Part shown: in pieces, positions 27,870 through 37,179 of the stretch
Numbering within the stretch: position 1 is the stretch's first letter
Layout: every line of letters starts with the position of its first letter
Assembly: GCA_021786315.1 (NCBI GenBank)
Contig: JAJYNN010000002.1
Coordinates: 334,997 to 398,996 of the forward strand
Source: a bacterium
Lineage (GTDB): Bacteria; Patescibacteriota; Microgenomatia; Daviesbacterales; UBA10151
Length of the DNA: 64,000 bases
Reading direction: 5' to 3'
The notes under the pieces: generated by a model
Database searches by the model: none
What the model was told of the DNA's origin: nothing
The model's input: the letters and a program-made list of their open reading frames with translations, nothing else
Made by a program: the position numbers and the translations under genes

Positions 27870-28616
27870 ATGTCCTCAAACATCGACTACGCAATTATTC
27901 TTGCCGGCGGAAAGGGAGAGAGACTTCGGCCTCATACTGACAATAAGCCCAAACCAATGGTGGAGGTGGGAGGCAAACCAATCATTGTTTACCAATTGGA
28001 AAGACTTCAAAGTGTGGGGGTTAAGGAGGTAGTTATTGCTTGTAGCTATAAATGGGAGGCGATTAAGGAATATTTAGGAAACGGGGAGAAACTGGGGATG
28101 AAAATTAGTTATTCGGTGGAAACTGAGCCTTTAGGACGGGGCGGGGGTATCAAAAAAGCGATGCAATTTTTGCCGGACAATTGGGAGGATGCTTTAGTTT
28201 TAAACGGGGATATTCTTTCAAATTCCAGCTTAGAGGATCTAGTAGCCCAGCATTACGATAAAAAGGCCTTAGTTACCCTCACTGTTGTTCCCCTAAAGAG
28301 CCCTTACGGAATTGTTGAATTTAATGAAAATAACGAGGTTCTGGGTTTTCGGGAGAAACCCATTTTGCCGCACTGGATCAACGCCGGAATGTATGTCTTT
28401 TCAAAAGAGATAGAACCGCTTTTACCGGAGGTGGGGGACCATGAGACGGAAACATTCCCTAAGCTGCCGAAAGAAAAGTTCCTGGTTTTTCAAAGCGAGG
28501 ATTATTGGAGGGGAGTGGATACAGTTAAAGACTTAACCGAGGCTGAAAAAGAGGTTGTGGAGATTTTTGGCCAGCCTTCAGTTTCTGGTGGTATTGGTTT
28601 TACTCTTACTGCCTGA
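27870..28616 (+). CDS. sugar-phosphate nucleotidyltransferase (NTP_transferase family, e.g. mannose-1-P guanylyl- / glucose-1-P thymidylyltransferase-like)
   Basis: 'AIILAGGKGERLRPHTDNKPKPMVEVGGKPII' signature. Confidence 0.75.
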   Translation: MSSNIDYAIILAGGKGERLRPHTDNKPKPMVEVGGKPIIVYQLERLQSVGVKEVVIACSYKWEAIKEYLGNGEKLGMKISYSVETEPLGRGGGIKKAMQFLPDNWEDALVLNGDILSNSSLEDLVAQHYDKKALVTLTVVPLKSPYGIVEFNENNEVLGFREKPILPHWINAGMYVFSKEIEPLLPEVGDHETETFPKLPKEKFLVFQSEDYWRGVDTVKDLTEAEKEVVEIFGQPSVSGGIGFTLTA

Positions 28617-29396
28617 AACTTTTGGAGTGGCGGAAGGTGTAGCAACTTTGGCTGATGGTGTTGCCGTATTGGGTTTAAAGTTTGAGGTATAGGGCAGGAT
28701 ATAGATAAATTCAGCGTCAATTACCCCGCTTTTGGGGCTGACCCCGGCCACAATAATCGGTTTATTTTGTTTGACATCTGCAAATGAGGCTGTCTGGCTT
28801 TTGGCGGTTTTAAAGAGTGTCCCGGTGCCGACATTGATGGTGATACTCTGGTTTTCTTTGGTGGTTATCGTGAGAGTGCTGTCTTCAAGCGAGGTAATTT
28901 CCCCAAACACCGTTTTTCTTTCTTCCTCTTTAGGGGCGGTAAATTTAATGATTTTCTTGGCTGTTAAAACCGAGGTTTCGTCAACATCACCTAAAGCCAC
29001 GATATAGTCATCAACTACCAGGTCTTTAGAAGATTTACTCTTACCCGTTGATTTAACCAAGTTGACGTATTGGGTGTAGTCGTTGATATTGATTAGCCTT
29101 GTCCCTTTATCGGTGGCAATAGTAATTGCATCTTTGGAGACGGATTTAATAACCCCCACATAGGCCTTGTTTTGCAGTTCCTTAGTGACCTCGGATTTTA
29201 ACTTGGCTGCCCGGGAGGCAACCTCGTCCTGCAAAGCCTTAAGCTTGGCCTTTAAGTCCGGGCTGGAGGTGGCGATAGAGGTAGGTTCGGCCGCCCTGAT
29301 GGGCAGAATTAAGAATATAGAATTAAGAATTAAGAATGAAAGTAAAATCGCTATAAAATTCATTATTCTAAATTCAGAATTCCTAATTTTTTTCAT
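28578..29396 (-). CDS. hypothetical secreted protein
   Basis: N-terminal signal/anchor; Lys/Thr-rich; 5' end built on AAGAATT repeats. Confidence 0.4.
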   Translation of the reverse strand: MKKIRNSEFRIMNFIAILLSFLILNSIFLILPIRAAEPTSIATSSPDLKAKLKALQDEVASRAAKLKSEVTKELQNKAYVGVIKSVSKDAITIATDKGTRLININDYTQYVNLVKSTGKSKSSKDLVVDDYIVALGDVDETSVLTAKKIIKFTAPKEEERKTVFGEITSLEDSTLTITTKENQSITINVGTGTLFKTAKSQTASFADVKQNKPIIVAGVSPKSGVIDAEFIYILPYTSNFKPNTATPSAKVATPSATPKVSGSKSKTNTTRN

Positions 29397-29812
29397 ATTT
29401 TCTCCGTTGAATAATATACTATCCGGCTGTCGGTTTTACTGTTTCCCAGGTCGTCAAAAGCGGTAGTTGTCAGGTTGTTGACACCGGTTTCCAAATGCAG
29501 TGTTGTGGAAAAGTTGCCGTCGGAATTTGCCTCAAGTGAAGTGTACTCGTGGTTTAAGTCCAAAATTATTACGGCATTAGGGCTGGTTTTTCCTGAGATT
29601 AAAACACTGCTTTCAAAGCTGATGGAGTTGTCATCCGGGTTAGTAAGATCCAAGGTCAAGCTCACCGGTTCCCGGGTTACCGGTCCTTTATCCAAAAGCC
29701 CGGCTTGTTGGTTAGGATGTTGGTATTGAACGTTGAGGATGTAGTGCAGGCCTCCGGCAAAACCCAACCCCAAGACCACGATCGCAATTACTGCAATTAC
29801 AAAAACCCGCAT
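29393..29812 (-). CDS. hypothetical N-terminally anchored protein
   Basis: TM helix then 110-aa domain. Confidence 0.35.
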   Translation of the reverse strand: MRVFVIAVIAIVVLGLGFAGGLHYILNVQYQHPNQQAGLLDKGPVTREPVSLTLDLTNPDDNSISFESSVLISGKTSPNAVIILDLNHEYTSLEANSDGNFSTTLHLETGVNNLTTTAFDDLGNSKTDSRIVYYSTEKI

Positions 29813-29863
29813 TGCAGTTTTATATATTAAAGTTATATTGTTAGGCGGTCAAGTTTTATGTTA

Positions 29864-29945
29864 GTATCGGATAGTCGGAATATCGGCGTATCAGCATGTC
29901 GGAATATCTGACACACTGAAACTCTGATATACTGACACTCTGAAC
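29864..29945. repeat. degenerate period-8 tandem array (about 10 octamers; first half ..TCGGA, second half ..CTGA: imperfect palindrome)
   Basis: GTATCGGA TAGTCGGA ATATCGGC GTATCAGC ATGTCGGA ATATCTGA CACACTGA AACTCTGA TATACTGA CACTCTGA directly upstream of the MBL-fold gene. Confidence 0.55.
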
Positions 29946-29946
29946 T

Positions 29947-30588
29947 ATGGATATTTATTGGTACGGACAATCATGTTTCAAGATTAAAGGTAAAACTGCG
30001 TCGGTAGTTATTGATCCTTTTGACCCGGAAAAATTTGGGCTCAAATTACCTAAGGAATTGGAAGGACAGGTAGTTTTGGCTACCCATCAGCATCCTGACC
30101 ACAACAACGCGAATGCTGTTTCCGGTAATCCATTGATAATCGAAGGGCCGGGGGAATACGAGATCTCGGGTGTTAGTGTGGTGGGGGTACGGACCAACCA
30201 TGATGCCAGCGGGGGGACGGAGCGGGGGAAAAATACTCTTTATCACATTACCATGGACGGAATTGATATTGTTCATGTCGGCGATCTGGGGCATGTTTTG
30301 GCTGAGGAACAGACAAGTGAAATTGATAATGTGGATATTTTAATGATTCCTGTGGGAGGCAATTACACCATTGATTCTGAAACTGCCGCGAAAGTTGTAG
30401 CCCAATTGGAACCAAAAATTATTATCCCCATGCATTACAAGATTCCGGGTTTGACTGCCGAAGTTGAAGGTGTTGAGCCGTTCTTAAAAGAAATGGGAGC
30501 AGAAAATGTTCAACCACAACCCAAACTAACCATCACCAAGGATAAATTACCGGAAGAACCTGCCGTTATACTGCTCAGTAAAGTCTAG
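29947..30588 (+). CDS. MBL-fold metal-dependent hydrolase (UPF0173-like)
   Basis: 'LATHQHPDHNN' HxHxDH motif; 213 aa. Confidence 0.8.
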   Translation: MDIYWYGQSCFKIKGKTASVVIDPFDPEKFGLKLPKELEGQVVLATHQHPDHNNANAVSGNPLIIEGPGEYEISGVSVVGVRTNHDASGGTERGKNTLYHITMDGIDIVHVGDLGHVLAEEQTSEIDNVDILMIPVGGNYTIDSETAAKVVAQLEPKIIIPMHYKIPGLTAEVEGVEPFLKEMGAENVQPQPKLTITKDKLPEEPAVILLSKV

Positions 30589-30655
30589 ATTTAAGATTTA
30601 AGAATATAGATTTAAGAATGAGAACTCCTAAATCCTAAATCTTAATTCCTAAATC
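30589..30655. repeat. AGATTTAAGAAT / AAGAATT-family composite repeat (direct units followed by inverted units)
   Basis: 'agatttaagatttaagaatatagatttaagaat...aatcctaaatcttaattcctaaatct'. Confidence 0.5.
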
Positions 30656-30670
30656 TCTGTTGGAACTAAT

Positions 30671-32032
30671 ATGGCACAATCAACCGCAAAACTTCCGCCG
30701 CAAAATATTGAAGCTGAACAATCACTTCTGGGTGCATTACTCATTGATAAGGATGCCATTGTCCGCATTGCTGAAGCCTTAAGTCCAACCCACTTTTACC
30801 GCACTGAACAGCACGGGAAGATCTATGAGTCGATCATCGACCTGTACGAAAAAAGGGAACCGATTGATTTGGTTACCGTCACGGAAAAGCTCAAACAAAA
30901 AGAAGCGCTGGATTTGGTTGGGGGGCCGGCGTACCTTGCGACCCTGGTTAATACTGTTCCGACAGCGGCTCACGTTGAACACTACGCCCGGATTATCAAA
31001 GAACATGCGGTAAGAAGAGCCTTAATTTCCCAGGCTACAAAGTTAGTTGATATGGCCTATGATGAGGGTACTCCGGTGGGGGATATCCTGGAAAATGCCG
31101 AGGCCGGGATCTTTGCGGTTTCCCAGGCCAATGTCAAAAAGGATTTTGTGCCTTTGAAGGACTTGCTGACGGTGTCTTTTGACCGGCTGGATGAGTTGCA
31201 AAAGACTTCCGGAAAGCTTCGGGGAGTACCGACGGGTTATCGGGATTTGGACAATAAATTAGCCGGGTTCCAGGATTCCAACTTAATTATTTTTGCTGCC
31301 CGCCCGGGTCAGGGGAAAACCTCCTTTGTTTTAAATGTGGCCCAATATGCGGCGGTGAAGATGGGAATTCCGGTGGGGATTTTCTCTTTGGAAATGTCTC
31401 AGGAAGAGTTAGTGGACAGGATCATTGTGGCTCAGGCGGATATTGATGCCTGGAAGCTGAAAACCGGAAAGCTGGATGATGCTGACTTTGACCGGATTTC
31501 CCGGGCTTATGGAGAGTTGGCCGAGGCACCCTTGTTTATTGATGACACTCCGGGTATGTCTTTGGCGGAAATCCGGACCAAGGCCAGAAGGCTGCAGATG
31601 GAACACGGGTTAAGGATGATCGTGGTGGATTATTTGCAGCTTATTAAAGGCCGGGGAATTGAAAACCGGGTGCAGGAGGTTTCGGAAATTTCCCAGGGAT
31701 TAAAGAACCTGGCCCGTGAGCTGAAAGTTCCGGTTTTGGCGGTTTCCCAGCTTTCCCGGGCAGTGGAACAAAGGGGAACCAGGAAGCCGCAACTGGCGGA
31801 TTTGCGCGAATCCGGAGCCATTGAGCAGGATGCGGACGTGGTGATGTTTATTTACCGGGAGGATCCGGAAAATATGAAGGATACCACCTTGGCGATTGAA
31901 AAGCACCGGAACGGTTCCACCGGGGAGATTAAGTTAATGTTTGTGCCGGAAAGGATGAAGTTTTACGGAATGGAAAGAAGCCGGAGCAAACCGGTAGACA
32001 AGGAGGAAGGGGCCAAAACTGCCGCAGCGTGA
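30671..32032 (+). CDS. dnaB: replicative DNA helicase DnaB
   Basis: N-terminal DnaB domain plus Walker A 'ARPGQGKTSFVLN', 'DYLQLI'; 453 aa. Confidence 0.95.
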   Translation: MAQSTAKLPPQNIEAEQSLLGALLIDKDAIVRIAEALSPTHFYRTEQHGKIYESIIDLYEKREPIDLVTVTEKLKQKEALDLVGGPAYLATLVNTVPTAAHVEHYARIIKEHAVRRALISQATKLVDMAYDEGTPVGDILENAEAGIFAVSQANVKKDFVPLKDLLTVSFDRLDELQKTSGKLRGVPTGYRDLDNKLAGFQDSNLIIFAARPGQGKTSFVLNVAQYAAVKMGIPVGIFSLEMSQEELVDRIIVAQADIDAWKLKTGKLDDADFDRISRAYGELAEAPLFIDDTPGMSLAEIRTKARRLQMEHGLRMIVVDYLQLIKGRGIENRVQEVSEISQGLKNLARELKVPVLAVSQLSRAVEQRGTRKPQLADLRESGAIEQDADVVMFIYREDPENMKDTTLAIEKHRNGSTGEIKLMFVPERMKFYGMERSRSKPVDKEEGAKTAAA

Positions 32033-32259
32033 AGAAGCTTAAGTTAGGGAAGTACCAGCATTATAAGGGGGGAATGTATGAAGTTTTGGGGGTGGTACAC
32101 CATAGTGAAAGCCTGGAGGAGCTAGTCCTTTATAAGCAGCTTTACGTTTCTAATTTTCCCATTGGAACACTTTGGGTCCGGCCTCTAAAGATGTTTTTAG
32201 AAAGTGTGGAGCTAGACGGTAAAAAGGTCCCCCGGTTTAAGTATTTAGGAGAACAGTAA
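32029..32259 (+). CDS. DUF1653-like small protein
   Basis: 'KYQHYKGGMYEVLGVVHHSE..LVLYKQLY'. Confidence 0.6.
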   Translation: MKKLKLGKYQHYKGGMYEVLGVVHHSESLEELVLYKQLYVSNFPIGTLWVRPLKMFLESVELDGKKVPRFKYLGEQ

Positions 32260-32708
32260 TGCCTGAACTTAAAAAAGATTGTGGTCTTTGCTATATTCCG
32301 GAAAAATACCGCGATCTCACCATTGCTGAATTTGATCTTTGGAAGTGTAACTTACATGAAAGCCAGGTTTATCCCGGAAGAAGCTTAATTATTTTAAAGA
32401 GACATGTAGAGGATATTTTTGATATCACAAGGGAGGAGAAGCGGGAGTTAGAAGTGATTATTAGAGGTTTTAAGAGGGCTGTGGGGGAAGTGTTTTGCAC
32501 AGATATGTTTAACTATGCGGCTTTAGGGAATACGGTAAGGCATGCGCATTTACATTTTATCCCACGCTATTCTCATCCACTTGAATACGGCGGGGTTATT
32601 TTTGAGGATAGGAATCAGGGACAAAACTATGCCCCTTATGACAAGAACTTCCTGGTTCCCAAACCTGTTTTATTGGGGATTAGGGACTTGATTAGAGATA
32701 GGTTGTAG
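32259..32708 (+). CDS. HIT-family (histidine triad) nucleotide hydrolase/transferase-like protein
   Basis: 'HAHLHFIPRY' HxHxHxx motif. Confidence 0.6.
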   Translation: MPELKKDCGLCYIPEKYRDLTIAEFDLWKCNLHESQVYPGRSLIILKRHVEDIFDITREEKRELEVIIRGFKRAVGEVFCTDMFNYAALGNTVRHAHLHFIPRYSHPLEYGGVIFEDRNQGQNYAPYDKNFLVPKPVLLGIRDLIRDRL

Positions 32709-33320
32709 AAAACTTATTACATCTTCATCGGAGATTTGGGGGAAGTCGTCGTAGTAGGCTCCAACTGCCCCGGTAAAATTTTTTGGCGCATCCAGGGTAA
32801 TTACTTCATCGGCTTGGGTTTTAAGCTGTTCCACGACCTCAAAAGGGGCGACAGGAACAGCGACCACAGTTTTTCTGGCTCCCTGGTTTTGCAATTCATG
32901 GACTGCAGCCGAAATTGTCATCCCGGTGGCGATCCCGTCGTCAACAATCACGGCAATTTTCTCCTCGGCGGAAATGGGGTTTCTGCCATCCAAATAAAGT
33001 TGGTGACGTCTTTCAATTTCCCGGCGTTCGTCTTCAATTTCCTTTTCCAACCAGTATTGGTTTGCGTATTGGGCTCCTTCCTCGGAACACATCAGGTGTC
33101 CGGATTCGGAAATGGCGCAAACTGCAAACTCAGGGTTGGCCGGATGGCCGATTTTACGGACAAGAACCAAATCGAGTGGTAGGTGAAGCGCATTGGCCAC
33201 CTCGGCTCCGATAGCTACTCCTCCCCGGGGGATGGCGTAAATGACGGCGTCTTGGTCTTTGTATTTTATTAAGGCCTGGGCCAGCATTTTCCCGGCCTCA
33301 ACCCTGTCTTTAAACCTCAC
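32670..33320 (-). CDS. phosphoribosyltransferase-domain protein
   Basis: PRPP-binding 'VIVDDGIATGMTISAAV'. Confidence 0.6.
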   Translation of the reverse strand: MRFKDRVEAGKMLAQALIKYKDQDAVIYAIPRGGVAIGAEVANALHLPLDLVLVRKIGHPANPEFAVCAISESGHLMCSEEGAQYANQYWLEKEIEDERREIERRHQLYLDGRNPISAEEKIAVIVDDGIATGMTISAAVHELQNQGARKTVVAVPVAPFEVVEQLKTQADEVITLDAPKNFTGAVGAYYDDFPQISDEDVISFLQPISNQVPNPQ

Positions 33321-33439
33321 TGGTTAAGGATAAAACATGGAAAATTTTGGGGCAATAAAGAGGATTACACAGTTAGGTGTGTTTCAAGGTGACGCCTTAT
33401 GAACTGCAGAAAGTTCATGACAAGTAGGTTTGCTTAAGG

Positions 33440-33445
33440 TATAAT
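33440..33445 (+). promoter_or_regulatory. -10 element (TATAAT) for tRNA-Leu
   Basis: TATAAT 9 bp upstream of the tRNA 5' end. Confidence 0.35.
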
Positions 33446-33454
33446 TACCTTCAT

Positions 33455-33536
33455 GCCGAAGTGGCGGAATGGTATACGCGGTGGTCTCAAAAACCACTAG
33501 TCGCAAGGCTGTGTGGGTTCGACTCCCACCTTCGGC
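33455..33536 (+). tRNA. tRNA-Leu (class II, long variable arm; anticodon most likely CAA)
   Basis: acceptor GCCGAAG/CTTCGGC, D-arm 'GTGGCGGAATGGTATACGCG' typical of tRNA-Leu, T-arm GTGGGTTCGACTCCCAC; CCA not encoded; anticodon stem irregular. Confidence 0.75.
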
Positions 33537-33671
33537 ACAGTGAGGGTACAATTCCGACGTTAGTCGGAACAGGATCTTTGCCGTAGGCAAAGTAGCCCTA
33601 CTCCCTCTCTCGGCACTTTTTCATGGTCTCTGCTTGCCAAAGTAAGAGTGCCCTTGTAAAATACACAGCGT

Positions 33672-34232
33672 ATGATTAATGCCAGCGAACTTCGAAATGG
33701 GATGGTTTTTCAGGATGAAAACCAAATCCTGCAGGTGGTAAATTATGAGCACATCAAGATGGGCCGGGGTTCCGGTACCATCAAAGTTAAGGTTAAAAAC
33801 CTAAAAACCGGTTCCGTAACCGAGAAATCCTTTATTACCGGAGCCAGGGTGGAAGAGGCCAACGTGGAGAAGAAAAAGGCCCAGTTCCTTTACCAGGATG
33901 GGGAAGAGTACTACTTTATGGATTCCGTTTCCTTTGAGCAATTCCCGCTTTCCAAGGATGTTTTGGGGGACCAGGCCAAGTTTTTGCAAGACGGTTTGGA
34001 AGTGCAGCTCATTGTCAACGGTGACCAGGCTTTGGGGCTGGAACTTCCCAACAGCTTGGTTTATGAAGTTATTGAAACCGGCCCGGGGGAGAAGGGGAAT
34101 ACGGTTTCCAACGTTTATAAAGACGCCAAAGTGGATAACGGCTTAATTATTAAAGTCCCGATGTTTATGAAGATTGGGGATAAGGTTAAAGTTGATACCC
34201 GCACCGGCCAATATGTGGAACGGGTGAAATAA
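33672..34232 (+). CDS. efp: elongation factor P
   Basis: 'GMVFQDENQILQVVNYEHIKMGRGSGTIKVKVKNLKTG' KOW-like N-terminus; 186 aa. Confidence 0.95.
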   Translation: MINASELRNGMVFQDENQILQVVNYEHIKMGRGSGTIKVKVKNLKTGSVTEKSFITGARVEEANVEKKKAQFLYQDGEEYYFMDSVSFEQFPLSKDVLGDQAKFLQDGLEVQLIVNGDQALGLELPNSLVYEVIETGPGEKGNTVSNVYKDAKVDNGLIIKVPMFMKIGDKVKVDTRTGQYVERVK

Positions 34233-34331
34233 TTCTCAATTTTAAATTTTAAATTTCCAATGAATTTTCAAGGCATTAATGTTTAAAAATTAGAAATTTA
34301 ACCCTGAACCTGATATAGTTATCACTAAAGT

Positions 34332-35282
34332 ATGCATCCTGTTTTAATCTCCATAGGTTCGCTGTCTGTCTCTTCTTTTGGATTTTTCCTTATGGCAGCC
34401 TTTTTGTCGGCGGCTTTTGTGGCCTGGAGGCTGGCCAAAACTTATGACCTGAATGAAGAAAGGGTTTTGGATTTGGTAATCCTCACATTTTTAGGGGGGA
34501 TCTTGGGGGCGAGAATTTTCTTTGTGGCTACCCATTGGAGCTTGTTTGCGGATATCGGCAAGGCTGTCCTTTTAAACCGCTACCCTGGACTTTCATTTTG
34601 GGGCGGAATTTTCGGAGGGATCATAGCTTTAAGGGTTTTTGCCTCACGCACCAAACTTAACCTTTGGCAGATAGCGGATTTTGCCGTTGTCGGCCTGGCT
34701 TTAGGCTTGGTGTTTGGCGATCTGGGGTGTTTCTTTGGGGGATGCGGATACGGAGCGGTTTCGGATTTGCCGGTTGCCACCGCCGTTGTCGGTTTGGTCG
34801 GTAAAAGGTTCCCGGTTTCCGCCCTGGAAAGCATCTTGTTTCTCTTCCTCTTCTTCTCCCTTTGGAAACAGGCTGTCAGGTTCCATTTTGGGGGGAAAAT
34901 CGCTTCGGTGGGCTTGGTAGCGCTGGGGGTGGTTAAATTTGTCACGGAGTATTTTCGCGGTGATTCCCAGCCTTTGCCGTTTATCCGGTTTTTGGCCTGG
35001 GGGCACCTTTTCTCAATTGCACTCACTATTTTGGGGATCGCCCTTTTTTACAGGCTCTCTAAAAGAGATATTAGAGGAGATTTAACTTTACTGCGGATGT
35101 TTGTCACTTCGGCTAAAAAGAGGGAAATAATACTTTCAAAGATTTCCAAAAGTTGGTATAATCATAGAGTTGGTTTGAGGTTGCATCTGGGTAAGGTCAG
35201 AACAGGTTTGCAATCACTGCCAAAGGCAGTCCGGAGGAAATTAAATGTTAAACCTACACCGTCCAAACTTAGTCAAGATTAA
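34332..35282 (+). CDS. lgt: prolipoprotein diacylglyceryl transferase with C-terminal basic extension
   Basis: typical Lgt N-terminus 'ISIGSLSVSSFGFF...LDLVILTFLGGILGARIFF', 'FWGGIFGGIIA'. Confidence 0.85.
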   Translation: MHPVLISIGSLSVSSFGFFLMAAFLSAAFVAWRLAKTYDLNEERVLDLVILTFLGGILGARIFFVATHWSLFADIGKAVLLNRYPGLSFWGGIFGGIIALRVFASRTKLNLWQIADFAVVGLALGLVFGDLGCFFGGCGYGAVSDLPVATAVVGLVGKRFPVSALESILFLFLFFSLWKQAVRFHFGGKIASVGLVALGVVKFVTEYFRGDSQPLPFIRFLAWGHLFSIALTILGIALFYRLSKRDIRGDLTLLRMFVTSAKKREIILSKISKSWYNHRVGLRLHLGKVRTGLQSLPKAVRRKLNVKPTPSKLSQD

Positions 35283-35607
35283 AAATATACTTCTGAGACA
35301 GCAAAAACAAGTTGCTGAGCAATTAAAATCCATCGAAAAAGAGGATCCCGTTACGGCATCCAATTTGGTACCTGAAGCTTCGGAATCCGGCACAGAGAGC
35401 TGGTTGGCGGAGGCCCACGGGAAATTCACGACTTTAAAAAAGGATTTGATCTCGCTTTCCGGTGGAATTACCAAATCGTTAGCGAAGTTAAAGAGGGGAA
35501 CCTATGGTAAATGTGAAAAATGCGGTAAGGAAATTGAAGCTGCCAGGCTCGAAGCCATGCCGACTGCGAATTTTTGTTTGGCTTGTTCCAAAAAATCCCC
35601 GAAGTAA
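35245..35607 (+). CDS. DksA/TraR-family C4 zinc-finger protein
   Basis: 'GKCEKCGKEIEAARLEAMPTANFCLACS'; overlaps lgt 3' end by 38 nt. Confidence 0.6.
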   Translation: MLNLHRPNLVKIKNILLRQQKQVAEQLKSIEKEDPVTASNLVPEASESGTESWLAEAHGKFTTLKKDLISLSGGITKSLAKLKRGTYGKCEKCGKEIEAARLEAMPTANFCLACSKKSPK

Positions 35608-35628
35608 TTTTGACAATTATCCCACTTA

Positions 35629-36057
35629 ATGCTATACCAAATGGGTAGTCCCAAATCTATGGCTGATAAAAATTATCCCGGCAGAATTTTAGTAATTGAT
35701 GACGATAAGGATATCCAGGATATCTACACTGAATTTTTAACCCAGGCAGGGTACCAGGTGGACAACGCCCATGACGGCCAGGAAGGGCTGACCAAAATTC
35801 TTCAGGGTGGCTATGATTTAATCCTTTTGGATATCATGATGCCCAAAATTGACGGCTTAGGGCTGCTTAAAAAGCTAAAGGAAAATCCTCCCCAAAATGT
35901 CTACAATGGCCCTATTATTGTCTTGTCAGCCTTAGACCAGGACTACATTATTACCCAGGCCTTAAATTTAGGCGCCAAAGGATATCTCAAAAAATCCGGG
36001 ATGACCCCAGACCAGGCTTTAAATAAAATTTCTGAATTTTTACAGAAATCCGCGTAA
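35629..36057 (+). CDS. response-regulator receiver domain protein (CheY-like, stand-alone)
   Basis: 'ILVIDDDKDI', 'DLILLDIMMPKIDGL', conserved K; paralog of 42974..43366. Confidence 0.75.
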   Translation: MLYQMGSPKSMADKNYPGRILVIDDDKDIQDIYTEFLTQAGYQVDNAHDGQEGLTKILQGGYDLILLDIMMPKIDGLGLLKKLKENPPQNVYNGPIIVLSALDQDYIITQALNLGAKGYLKKSGMTPDQALNKISEFLQKSA

Positions 36058-36111
36058 TATATTTTGTTTCTTGCAAAACCTCTTTTCTTAAAAATATACT
36101 AGTTTGTAGCT

Positions 36112-36609
36112 ATGAATATTTATGTTGTTTCCGGAAAGGGAGTAGGTAAGACTCAGCTTTCAGCATTTGATGCAGCTTTAAAGGATGCGGGAGTCCACAA
36201 CTACAACCTAATTTGCTTATCCTCAATCATTCCTCCTCATTCTAATATCATAGTTTCAGAAAGATATAACACCCCAGAAGATGAGTATGGGCATAAACTG
36301 TATGTAGTAAGAGCCACTATTAGTAGTGGCAAAGTGGGTGAATCGCTTGCTGCCGGAGTTGGCTGGTATCGGCCTGAGGGCGACGGAAGAGGCTTATTTG
36401 TGGAACATGAAACCTGTGGAGAGGGGGAAGAGACAGTCAAAAAAAAGGTGGAACAGGATATTAAGAACTCTTTGATGGACCTCTGCGGTTTTAGGGGGAT
36501 CGAATTTGATGAATCCAGGTTACATATGCTTGTAACATCAGCTACCGTAACAGAGCAACCAGCCTCTGCCCTGGTTATTGCCGTTTACCAGGCTAAAGGT
36601 TGGGATTAG
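36112..36609 (+). CDS. pdaD: pyruvoyl-dependent arginine decarboxylase (PdaD-like)
   Basis: 165 aa; 'NLICLSSIIPP' Ser-Ser self-cleavage context, PdaD-like overall pattern. Confidence 0.55.
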   Translation: MNIYVVSGKGVGKTQLSAFDAALKDAGVHNYNLICLSSIIPPHSNIIVSERYNTPEDEYGHKLYVVRATISSGKVGESLAAGVGWYRPEGDGRGLFVEHETCGEGEETVKKKVEQDIKNSLMDLCGFRGIEFDESRLHMLVTSATVTEQPASALVIAVYQAKGWD

Positions 36610-36713
36610 ACTAGACTTCGATTAGCTTCAGGAACTATCACAATTCCAGAAACCGCAAAAAAGCCCTCATTATTGAAGGCCTTTTGCTTTGTACCTTAAT
36701 TTGTACAAATTAA

Positions 36714-37040
36714 TTATTTCTGCCAGGGCAGATGGGCATTGGGTTTGCTGAAAAGCCAAGCATCAGCCAAAGCAATAAATACTCCTCCGATCAAAGCAGC
36801 CCAAAGATTAGCGCCTGCTAAACTAGCTTCCCAGGGGAGGGTCAAACCTCCTTTACCTGAAGCCAAACCAAACATGTACAAGGCAAAGACCACATTAATT
36901 GCTGCGTAAATCACGTTAACCGAAGGCGAAGACACTTTACCGAAAGGGGTCATGTGACTTTGCCCGGTAATACCTTTTACTAAATGGGGAATAGCGTTCC
37001 ATGCAAACAAACCTGCCAGAAAGTACCATAATAAAGCCAT
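36714..37040 (-). CDS. hypothetical membrane protein
   Basis: 108 aa, 3 TM helices. Confidence 0.4.
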   Translation of the reverse strand: MALLWYFLAGLFAWNAIPHLVKGITGQSHMTPFGKVSSPSVNVIYAAINVVFALYMFGLASGKGGLTLPWEASLAGANLWAALIGGVFIALADAWLFSKPNAHLPWQK

Positions 37041-37179
37041 ATTCTCACCCCCTTTTTAAGTGATATCTATAAATAATAGTGGTCATAAATTAAGATAATT
37101 GTCAATGTTGTGTAGGATGTGAGCTTAATTATAGGAAAAATGGACAAGGGGCATAAGATATGCTACAATAGCCTATAGC

